Shown: in pieces, positions 1-11,029 of the stretch | Layout: the number at the start of each line of letters is the position of its first letter | Position numbering within the stretch: position 1 is the stretch's first letter | Assembly: GCA_964247055.1 (NCBI GenBank) | Contig: OZ176052.1 | Location: forward strand, 8,804,001 to 8,868,000 | Source: Paragordius varius | Lineage: Eukaryota > Animalia > Nematomorpha | Direction of reading: 5' to 3' | DNA length: 64,000 bases | Notes under the pieces: model-generated | Seen by the model: only the letters and a program-made list of their open reading frames with translations | Told to the model about the DNA's origin: nothing | Databases searched by the model: none | Translations under genes and position numbers: made by a program

Positions 1-1505
1 CATTGAATTGTGTCTGGAAAGAAAATTATTCAGGATCATTATGGTGCATTTGGTTTGGGTTCTTACGAGAGAATATAAGATTATTACCACTTTTGTAGTT
101 CTCTATTTATAACAGAAAATCGAAAAATTAGCGCCATTATGTTTAATAAAATTATTTTTGAGCTTAATGCTTTATTCCAAATAATATTAATAAATCATAT
201 GATATACTATATTTAAAAAGCAGAACAATATTTTTATAAAACTTTGATTTTTAGATAGGTCTCCGAAAGCCTCAAATTCTTCCTCCCTCTAAAATGGGTT
301 AATTCTTCTAAAATAAAGGCAAAATTTTGCGTTTGCGATATTGCTAGATTAGGCCAAAATATTTATGCATAATTTGTTTAATTTAATTATGGAAATTTTG
401 TTGAAGCATATTTTATTTTTGATAGGAAATCGGTATAAAGACAATTTAACAATTCTTAAAAACAGTTTCTTATATTAATAAGGAACATTTCACTCAAAAC
501 ATTAACCTAGAGGTAACATATATTTGAAGATCAACGTAATGAAAAATTGAGAGAAATGTTCATCAAGATCGAATTACATAGGAAAAGTTTAAAATATCTT
601 GAAGCGTTTTGATAATTTTTTTTCATTCAAAATAGCATGAAGTACTGGTTAACAAAATTTTGCAAAAATTTTATAAGCGTGCATTTATTCAAAAAAATAT
701 TTTTTAATGCCATAATATAGCACAGTGGTATTTACAAGCATATATTAAAGGGTCAAAAAAATATTTTTCTTTTCTCAAGGGCTATAATACAGATGTAATT
801 TTAATGCTGTTTGATACCTTTGCAGATATTTATTATCGAAATAAGTAATTCAGACCCCTAAATAAGCATTTTCTCCGGGCCCGTGGGCAGAAGCTAAACT
901 TTTCAAGCGATTAATCCATTATGTAGGGGGAAAAGTTTATGGTTTTTGGAGACCACATCAAAATATTAAAATTTTTATAAAAATGTTTTGATAAAATATA
1001 GTATATCATATATTTAACGATATATTTAAAATAAATCATTTAGCTCTAACCAATTTCAGAATAATGAGCGCTAATTTTGCGATTTTCCTATATCAAGCAA
1101 TTATCACAATCCAATTAACTTTCTATATCATATCCTTAACCACCATGAGTAACCTGAGAATATCTATCATAATATCTATATCTCGGAATATTTTTTCATA
1201 CCTTCTGATTGTGACAGTGCAAGAACCATTGTTTCCAATTTATAGAACCCTACGTAAGAAAACCTTTTTTGATCCCAAGAGCATGTTTACCAAATATTTG
1301 ATTTTTTTCACGACACAATATACAATCGAAATAAATTTGCCACTTTTATCAAAATGGTGAAAACTTAATTTAAATGTTTTTTTTTAATTTTATATATATT
1401 TCAAAGTATACCAATTGCGCCTTAATGAAGCTTTGAAAATATAATTTTAAAAGCTTAGTAATGCTTTAAGCGTATATTAATTATTTTCATCTGTTTATAT
1501 TTTAA

Positions 1506-1977
1506 CATTTCGATTCAAATAGAGGTAACTAGTGACTCCAGATCATATAAATTGATATTATTAAAAAACAAATGAAAAAGACGGTTCTGTTTTAAATTTA
1601 TGATTATATCCTAAATTACAAACTTAGCATTGAAAAAAATTTCCATATTCAACGCCATTTTTCACAATATTTTTGAAAAATATCGTCTTTATCTAAAATT
1701 GATAAAAACAGAAAACAGGTTTATTTGCATTATATTTATATTTAGTTAATCAAAACATGTCATGTTAGCTAAATTTTTACTTTTGGTTTTATCCATAAAA
1801 TAAGTAATATCAAGCTTTTTTGAATGATTATTTTTGATTGGTTTATCAATGTTATCATACTTTTGTAATGGTTTAAATATTTTCCATATTTTTTGGAATA
1901 TTTGATATTAAACAGGTCTGGGGTCACTAGTTGCTCCAATCATAAAAGGACTGAAATAAATGTGTTGTATCCAGGCG
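1506..1977 (+). mobile_element. Diverged piggyBac-type MITE (family A, older subfamily)
   Basis: TTAA at 1502-1505 and 1978-1981. Left end CATTTCGATTCAAATAGAGGTAACTAGTGACTCCAG; right end CTGGGGTCACTAGTTGCTCCAATC...GTGTTGTATCCAGGCG. Same layout as the family A copies at 11302, 43102 and 50075. Confidence 0.65.
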
Positions 1978-2311
1978 TTAAGGACACTAACTCATCTGTA
2001 CGCTCAATAAGCTTTCAAAAAACTGTTCATGATATTTAATATTAAATTTTGGGGGTATAATTTAGACACAACAGTGACACTCGAACCGCGGGCCTAAAAG
2101 TGTTTTTTTGGCCCTTATTTACACGGCCCTTGAGACAGGATGAATATTTTTTTGCGGCCCTTTATACCTTTTAATGAGTACTACTGGTTTACACTATCAA
2201 AACTTTACTTGATAACTTTTAATTTTTAAAAATTAGCGAAAAAAATTGATAAAACTCGTAACTGATTTGAAAGCCGCAAAACTCATGAGCATTCTGATGC
2301 ATTTTCCTACT

Positions 2312-2315
<4 letters not shown>

Positions 2316-2345
<30 letters not shown>
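2316..2345. repeat. (AT)n microsatellite; others at about 40903-40928, 42760-42785 and 47045-47070
   Basis: Direct reading of the sequence. Confidence 0.9.
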
Positions 2346-2349
<4 letters not shown>

Positions 2350-2643
2350 CATCAGGATATTTTTATATGACCATGATATTATGCTTAGCGTATATTTAAT
2401 ACAGTTTAAGACAAAAATACCATAAAATTTGCTACTATATAAAAACATGACAATCCAGTTTAATGCTTAATCAAAAGAGGGAATTTTGTTTTTAATAGGC
2501 ATTTATTTAATATAAAATCTCAAAGTTAATGAGTGAGGAATTTTAATGTAGGAATTATATTATAGATGAGGAAACACAGCTGGAATTTATAGTTTAAAAG
2601 ATATTAAAAATACGAATGCGGTATGTCGACAAGATCCATAAAG

Positions 2644-3250
2644 CAGGGGTGGCCAAAATTTTTTTCCCACAAACTACTTTTTTGGGAAAAAATTTTACGC
2701 GGTCATGCATGAATATTAGGTGTTAAAAAATTCCTTTTTACTTTGATATATCTCCATTTACGGATTGGGGTAACTAGCACAGGCCATTTTAAAATAAATA
2801 TTACAAAAATAATTATTTTTGAGAAGTATTTTATATAGATTCTTAAATTTATCAAAATACAATTGCGATGACTCAGAAGACCTCCGTTTGCCACAATCAG
2901 TGTACATATTAAAACATTTACATTATTCAATTTATTTTTACAATGTATAATTAACTGTACTTGCGATGGAGTTTAGAGGATTGAAGTAAAAGATTGATTT
3001 GTAGCTCTTGGCAATGATCTTTATAATTTACCATATTTTATGGATTATTATTGCATGCCAGGTTTAAAATAACGGACATATGCTACAAGATAGTAAATTC
3101 CATCAAATCGAAAAAAGTATCGTGCCCCAGTTTACAGATGTAAGATGGTTAACTCGCGCTGCATTTTTAGAAAGATTAGATATTTTTTAGTACAATAAAT
3201 CTATTACAGAGGAAAAATTATTCAAATCAACAATTAATAGGTCTAAAATC
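2644..3250 (+). mobile_element. Decayed hAT (Buster-like) transposon relic
   Basis: hAT-type terminus CAGGGGTGGCCAAAA at 2644. Peptide TDVRWLTRAAFLERL at about 3134-3180 resembles the conserved hAT motif TEVRWLSRG..LER. Surrounding frames are broken. Confidence 0.5.
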
Positions 3251-4140
3251 ACTTCTTATTATAGATTTTTAATGTAATATCTCAGAAAAATTCCACATTG
3301 CAAATCAGAAATAAATAATTTTGTGAAAAAAATCCATGCAAAAATATTTTTTATTTTTTAAAAAACTTTTAGGCGGGCAAGTTATGGAATCTCGCGGGGA
3401 AATCGAACGGAGTCTACCTAGTTACTCCTGTCATAAAGTGAACAAGTTCATTAAATTGAGAGATTTATTGATTAAAATTGAATTTTATTGATTCATAAAT
3501 GACAGAATTTTTAAAGTAAAAGCGGTATTAAATTATTCCTTATTCTAAATAGATGGATTAAATTTTCAGAGAATATTATGGGATGCTAATAGAAATTCAT
3601 TTAAAAATCCCATACATATATTAAAGAACAAAAAAAAGATCATATAAAAAGGCCCACTCTCGAATTAATATATTGCTTTAAAAAAGCGTGTCAAAATGGA
3701 TTCTCTAATTATATGATATTGCATACACCTAGGTTTTATTAATAGGATATACGCTAGGCTTTAAAAGATTTTTCACATTATAATATTAAATCATTAGTAT
3801 AATTTAATATAATAGCTGATAAGACTTTATTTTCCACTTAAAACAATACTAGTTTAATAATCATTTTATTACAAACATTCTTATTCTTATAGCATACCAT
3901 TATCTCCCTATAGTCACCCAACCCCGACGCAACTAGGAGGCTGTCAATGACACATTATTTAGTGATGATAGAAAGGCAGCAAGAGATAGTTTTGCTACAC
4001 GGTTTTCTTAATACACTTCGATAAAAACTTTTAGTTAATTTATCTTTTGCGCATTTTTGTTATGATTGATACTTTTCAAATTGCGATGCCGTATTTTACA
4101 CATGTTGCATTAAATAGCGTGCAATCAAATCATCGTCAAT

Positions 4141-7100
4141 ATGCTTCTCCGTGAGTTTCGTATTATATTGCCCTTAACCGTGGAAGAAGTAATATTATTA
4201 TAATTTCAGTATCAAGTCGCTCAATTGTACACAGTTGCCGAGGCAAGTAAAAATGAAACTGGTGGAGGAGATGGTGTTAAAATTATTAAAAATGAACCCT
4301 TTTCTAATAAACCTTTGTTTGAAAATAAATTTGACAAAGGTCAATATACTTATAAAGAATACCATGTTGGAAAGTAAAGTATGTATAATATTAGGAAACT
4401 TCCAGCATTTTTGCGCTCAATCGGCTCATCAAAATATTTTACTTTTTATGAAGAGGCTTGGAACGCCTATCCCTATTGCAAAACAAGTTTTATTACGTTA
4501 TAATATTAGTTATTAGTGTAAGAATTGCGAATAATTATTTAGAATCAAGAATTAAAAGATAGCTTTATGTTAAAAATTGAAACAATTCATAAAAGTGATA
4601 GAGGAACATCTATTAATGTACACATTTTATTCATCTTTTAGCCATTACATGTAAATGAGGAAGAATATAAAAATGTTGATATAGTATACATCAATATTGC
4701 TGATGGATCACATCTTAATTCCACAGTATTGTTATAATATATTATATTTATATGTTTTGATTTAGCCCCATTTATGCATATACCATTTGCACTTCAAGAG
4801 TGTCCTTGAACACTTTAAGTTGGTCCTTGAACATTTTAAGTTGTTCCTTGAACACGCAAGTTGGTTCTTAAACATTTTAACGTGATTCTTGAACACTTCG
4901 AGTTGGTCCTTAAAATTTATAAATTTTGATTTAACCATAATTTTTGCATTTTATTTTATTATTTATTAACCTAATTTTCTTTATTTATCATATATTATCC
5001 ATTTAAAAATAATTTTTTTTATTGAAATACAACTTTTTTGTTTCAACTATTTTTTTTTTGATTGTCAAAATTATTAACTTTTAAATGTTTTTAATGAAAA
5101 TTTTTAATAAATAACCCAGAAAATTTATTTTTTAATTACTTGTTACAATCTTATAAATAATCCAAAATGAAATTAATAAAGATATGCGGTTTCTCCAAGA
5201 TTAAAAGATGATATTGATTTAAATTTATGTTAAATAATAGAAAATAGGTTAAAAACGATAAAATAGATGATTGATATACGATTTGATATATAAAAGTTTG
5301 AAACAAAAAAAAGTCAAAAGACCAACTTGAAGTGTTAATGGACCTACTTGAATTCAAGGACCAAATTGAAATGTTCAAGGACCAACTTAAAGTTTTCAAG
5401 GACATTGAAGAGCAAATGGTATATATCATTTTTTTCCAAATGTTTAACAATATATTTACATAAACTCAAAATTGACGTTTAAACTCTATACAAGTGAAAT
5501 AAAAGCGCCAAATATTTTAAGGTATTAGTTCCCAACTTTTTTTGTTCCGGCCTCACCAAATTGGAAAAGAAATTTTTGCGTTTCCCCTCCTCGATACAAA
5601 ATTTATTGTGATATCATAATTCTCTGCATTTGTTGAAATATTTTTTTTCATATCGGGGATCCTGATCTGATATTCTCAATACCCGATTTGTTTCTAGTTT
5701 TATTTTTTAATTGAACCAAGGTCTCAATATAAATATGTACATGCAAAATGTGGCAAAATATGTAAGGCAATCTGAGATAATCTTGGGCTCTTTGTATGTA
5801 GGTATATATCTAATCTCAACTCAAAATCAACTGAAACGACTTAATAATAAAGGATTTAATCAACTCCGATGGCGTAGGTTTTCAGATATTTGGCTATCAG
5901 ATATGCAATTTCAAAAAAGGCTTGATTAGTATAATGATTAAACTTTTTTTCGGATTTTAAGTTAGATTAGAAGAATGTATTTGGTTTGTATCTTAACTCA
6001 TGGTATGACATAAACATACTCGGGCGCATAAAAACATTGGTAAAATTTTTGTGGCAAATACGCATTGTGGTGATGGTTTGCCATCCTTTTCTATAGCTAT
6101 AAAACCATATTTAAGAATTCTACATGATATTGTCTTGTTTTCATAATTCAAATAATAAATATATTAATGAAAAATGTAAACTAATAACTATGAATTACAA
6201 TTGTTTATTTGTATAAAAGCGAAGATGGCAGGAGCATGAAATTAAAAATATATGAATGATTGCACAATTCTTTGATTTTCAATCCATTATAATTTTTTAA
6301 AGCTGTTTAATTTTTTATATAATAATATTTGTAACCATTTAAAGAAAAAATAATTATATGTGTAAATTTAACAATCCAACACCAATACTGTAACTTTATA
6401 ATTTAAAATAAATATTATGAAATAAACCAATTATCCAATAATATCAAACATTATGTTATGAAAAGGTTGTTTTTTAAACGGTTACAACAAATCTTACAAT
6501 TTGATACACTATTATATGTATACATATTATTAATAGGACAGACATAAAAATGATCCCCAAAAATTTCATTCCGTAAAAACTGACCGGGGTCCTTTAATCA
6601 ACAATTGGCAGGTTTCATTTATAATTTTATTAGAAAAAAAGGAAACTTGCCAACCCTACATGTGCTGTTATAAACTTGTATCCGTTAATTTCGTTTGGTT
6701 TGGTTTACAAACGAGAGTCGAAAAGTTTTTGATGGACGTAAGATTTTTATAGCTTTTATTTGCCATATACATATAAGCTTGCATTTTATTAAATATAGTG
6801 TATATAAATATAAACTCGATAGATTTAACAAATTTCGGCCTAATTTTTACTTTTTAATGTTATTATTTGTGGGACACTCCATATGCCCAATATAAAACTT
6901 TTACAATCAGTTATAAAGTATTAATTATAATAGTATTTGGGGAAAATTAGTTAAACGTTTTTAAACGGTTAAAAATTTTATTAACTGTCTATTAGCGTAC
7001 CACAGACATTTAAAACTTTTCATTGATCTAATAAACCTTTCTATCTTATTTTCATATGTTATTTGCCATTTTTTACAATTATAGTTTTAATATTCTTACT

Positions 7101-8017
7101 CAAATTTTACATTTGTTAGTAGAGAAAGAATTGAATTTTAATATTAACATTTATGATATCAGCGAATTTGATTTTATAATGTGCAAGACTCAAGACCCTT
7201 ATGTATAGTTTAAATAGTGGTTAATAGGGTATGAACCAATTAAACCAAAATCAGGTTCCAAATGTACCAAAACATAAAAAGTGTTATGGTATAAAATGCC
7301 TTATTTTTTGCAATTGTTGTAATATTTTAAACTATTTTAATTAATTTATTAGGGTAACATTTGGAGAAATTTATATGTAATTGGAAAAATTTCAATGTAT
7401 CGTGAATAGGTTGAAAAGCGATTATTCACCAATTTCCACAGACAATTGTTTTGTCTTATTGATCAATGGTATGGCCTCACTATGCAAGATATAAGGGACA
7501 TTGAGGCAAGAACCAAGAAAGAATTGGAAAAAGTATGTAAATTAATTTTATTTTAAAAGATTTTGTATTTTATAAGTTTGGATAATTTTTCGAGTTATAA
7601 TTTTTTGATGTATCTTTAAATATACTTATTTAAAATTATATTTCAATCTTTTAAGTAGGTATTTCATGACTATGCAACTTTAGACGGCTCTTTTATCAAT
7701 TTAATTTAAGTTTTTTAAATACATAATTGGCGAAAAATTTTATATTTTATCTAAAAAATTAAAAAATATTTTTACTAAAGAAATTTTTATGTTATAAAAT
7801 TTCATCAAATTTCTTAAAAGTATAATTAGATTTGCATGTGTTAACTTTTTAATTAATCAATATATCAGTATATATTTATAACTATTGAAATTTGGGATAA
7901 AGCTTTATTACACTATTTTTAAAAAATATATTATATTTATTGCAATCTTCTTAACGTATCCAATGTATAATTTAGAAAATTGAGACAAACGAGATTGTGG
8001 GTACAGTTGAAAATTAG
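4141..8017 (+). CDS. PITPNA: Class I phosphatidylinositol transfer protein (PITP alpha/beta, vibrator-like), about 268 aa
   Basis: Exons 4141-4188, 4210-4373, 4395-4486, 4510-4517, 4543-4617, 4642-4725, 6537-6611, 6642-6737 (start uncertain), 7410-7532, 7976-8017; all introns GT-AG. Translation [38 protein letters not shown]...[32 protein letters not shown]...[23 protein letters not shown]...[29 protein letters not shown] matches the PITP family throughout. Confidence 0.93.
4781..5421. mobile_element. Foldback-like MITE (family D) with modular TIRs, in the long PITP intron
   Basis: TA|TACCATTTGC...GCAAATGGTA|TA. The left arm has five roughly 21-bp units (TTGAACACTTTAAGTTGGTCC) at 4806-4910, mirrored at about 5320-5410. 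A partial relative lies at about 8500-8570. Confidence 0.75.
5525..6200 (-). mobile_element. Internally deleted Buster-type hAT transposon in the long PITP intron
   Basis: Minus-strand peptides [19 protein letters not shown] (about 6118-6060) and [12 protein letters not shown] (about 5922-5887) match the Buster transposase N-terminus. [11 protein letters not shown] (about 5680-5645) resembles its C-terminus. TIR-like AAAAGTTGGGAACT at about 5527-5540. Confidence 0.6.
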
Positions 8018-8989
8018 AATGGATATACTCAATATTTTATCTTCTCAAACTATAATCATGTTTCAATCATCAAACTGTTATATTTTTTATTATTATGTTT
8101 TCCCGATTAATACTAATTCTAAGTCCTATTTATAAGGTGTCTATAATGTTTTATATTATATTTAATTTGTCTGTATATATATACTTGCTTAATTTGAAAT
8201 AATTGTTAATTTTAAAATAACAAATTAGGACGCTAAATTGCATTCCCAAATTATATCATATTAGACAATTGAAATAATATTTTTATGCATAATTATTATT
8301 TTTTATTAATACCTAACTAACTACGTTATTGAAATTATATAATTAATAAATTGATAACATAACTTATAATTCATAATTAAATATTTTAGAAATGTCGCTT
8401 TTAAATTATGAACACTAACATTCTTTTTTTAGACTGAAGATTGAATTTCTTTGGTTTATTATAAGAGATTTTATCATTAATTTATATGGTGTGATTACCG
8501 TTTGGACTTCAAGAGTGCCCTTCAAAACTTCAAATTAATCCTAGAACATTTTAAGTTGGTCCTAAACTTTTAACAATTATTAATAAAATCATGTTTGATA
8601 ATCTATCATATACTGTTTAACTTATATTTATTTAACAAATCAATATCAACCTTTTTCCATAAAAAACCGTATATTTATTTTTTACAATATTTTTATATCA
8701 ATTAATTAACGTAGATATTTATGTTTTCTGGGTACTTCATTGCATTTTTCCTTTTATAACATTATTAGGTTAGTAATATTGTCAAATTGGAAAAAAATAA
8801 TTGGAAACAAAAGAAGTTGTTTTGAAATGGAAAATATTAATTTTGTAAAATACTATTAAATAAAGATATTAGGTTAAAATATAAAAAATATTACGAAATC
8901 AGGGTTATACTCAAGTCAAACAATATAAAGATTAATTTGAAGTATACAAGAATTAACTTAAGCAAGGGCTATCTTGAAGTGTTTAAGGA

Positions 8990-9300
8990 AACTTTTGGAG
9001 TGTAAACAGTATATATAGAAATAATTTTGTTTCGGTAATAAGCGTTTTTCTAAGGGCCCAGGTTTCTGAAGCGTATGTCATAGCTGATCGTATTCCCAAT
9101 TTGTAAATCTTTATATTTAGATCTGATTTGATATTTTTATTAGTTAAAATATATTTAAATTGATTAAATTTGGCCCATTCTTGTCTGATTCTATGAGAAA
9201 TGGCATCCCTCAAAAATGGAAAAGATGTTACAACTTCACTTAAATAGACTTACTAGAGCTGAAAATCAAATGCTAAAATTCTGCATAGCCATATGATAGA
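8990..9300 (-). mobile_element. RTE-type LINE fragment (post-RT C-terminal region)
   Basis: Peptide DAISHRIRQEWAKFNQFKYILTNKNIKSDLNIKIYKLGIRSAMTYASETWAL is typical of the C-terminal region of RTE-clade ORFs. Confidence 0.75.
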
Positions 9301-9701
9301 GCCAACGTGTTTATGTATGTCATACTAATCACAGGCCTTTTTACAATAGTGGTAATAACATTTGATTATGATAATCAAAGTTCGTTACTTTTAGGATATC
9401 CTAAATTTTTTTACAAAATTTATTAACATTTTGTTTTTTTATATCAAGCGATTAAAACTTTCAACTTCCTTTTGACCAAAAGCAGTTGCACTCATGGTAC
9501 ATTTAGAACGATCAGAACTAGCCCTGCTAAATCTATAATAACAACGATGTACTACCCCAATTCGTTCTCACTTTTTTCCGCTTAAACCACATTTGACATT
9601 ATTTTTTTAGGATTTTAAAAGCTCATTATTGTGCCTATATCAAATGATGGCTAAATTTATTATTTATGCATAGGCTATGTTCATGTTAAAGTATAGTATT
9701 A

Positions 9702-10217
9702 TTAAAATAAATAGTATAAATAGGCAATGACAAGAAAAGCTTTGCTAAAAGAGTATTTGGATTTTGAATTATTGCACAGGTCAGTATCACAGCACTTGTA
9801 ACACATCTTTAAATTTGAACGTACAGTAAGGTCAGATGTGGCATATAACTTTCGATCGATACCTACATCGATGCATGAAGGAAAACAAGTTTTGGCACAA
9901 TCCCGCTCCAAACTTATGATTTTTCCATCCTCTTCTAACTTTTTAACCTATTGTTTCAAATATAGAGGTTAAAACAAGAATATTGTAATAATCGTTGGGA
10001 AATAAGACAAAACTTAGTAATATGAAATATATTTTACACATAAAGAATTTAAAAAACTTACTAAGCAATAAGGTTCATTTAGTTTGCAAAATTTGGTATT
10101 AAATGAATGATTAAATGCGATGCAATTGTGAGGAGAGCTGCATTCGTAACAAGTAAGGCTAAAAAATCCTTTAAATTTGGCAATCCAAAAAATTATCAAA
10201 ATATTTCGAATATTCAT
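9702..10217 (-). CDS. Ly6/uPAR (three-finger) protein with signal peptide and probable GPI signal, 133 aa
   Basis: Exons 10217-10062 and 9947-9702, joined by a 114-nt GT-AG intron. Signal peptide, then LTCYEC, 12 Cys in total, terminal CCDTDLCN motif and a hydrophobic C-terminus. Confidence 0.85.
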
Positions 10218-11029
10218 TCATTTAACACATGTTAAAATAAAATTTTATAAAATTATTAAAATAATTTGGAGATATTTTTGAACCCATATTATATATATTA
10301 TTATAATATAATGAAGAAAATTGTGGTTTAATTAGAATAAAAACAAATTATTATATCATTTGTTGATTATTCATGGCCAAACCAGATTCTATTGTCTTTT
10401 TTAAATGTTCTGTGATGTATTTACAATGTTTAAACTTGAATGTCTATCTAATTGCCTAAGTTTTTTGCTATTTTTTCGGATTTTTAAAGGTGGTAGGTTC
10501 TTAAAATACTAAACAAAAAGTTTAATCATAATAAATCAAACGTTGTGTGTATATACATGTTTACTCATGTCCAATCATATATTTGCGATGACTTATGCGA
10601 TTGAGCCATTCAACCAATTAAATTAGATCCCATATATTCTTCCTATTTACAAAATCATTTTATTAAGCAACAAATGTAGTGAATCAGTTTTCTATCATCA
10701 TTATTCGATCATCTTCCAAAATGTCTGGTAAATTGCATAATAAAAATGGCTTTTAGTAAAAATGATCAATAGATAGGGTTGATCAATAGGCTAGTTAAAA
10801 CTAGTACAAATCAAAAAATACTATATGTTTCTAGGATCAGATACCCGCAAGTATCCCCATAAATGGTTTTTCATAATTTTGCAAATAATTTATTTATCAT
10901 CAATATCATGAGGTTTTACTCAAATTATTTAGGATAGGAAAACGTGTCAAAACACAATTTAAGCTCTTTTTGAACTATGTTTTTAGGGGGTGGGGCAAAT
11001 TTGACTTAACTGAGATTCAAAGGGTTTTT

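Noticed and set aside
1-110. Short open frames at the window start (e.g. VSGKKIIQDHYGAFGLGSYERI*), possibly the last exon of an upstream gene
   Set aside because: No recognisable homology and no visible acceptor; the context lies outside the window.
1064-1360. 98-aa ORF and similar AT-rich ORFs in the track (2703, 33365, 38615, 40367, 44721, 44899, 50692, 58581 and others)
   Set aside because: Low-complexity I/F/K/L/N composition expected by chance in AT-rich DNA; no motifs or coherent splice context.
4235-4516. 93-aa plus-strand ORF in the track
   Set aside because: An off-frame reading across PITP exons and mini-introns.
4806-4910. Regularly spaced roughly 21-bp repeats that might suggest a CRISPR array
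   Set aside because: No unique spacers, eukaryotic context, and mirrored in inverted form as a TE arm.
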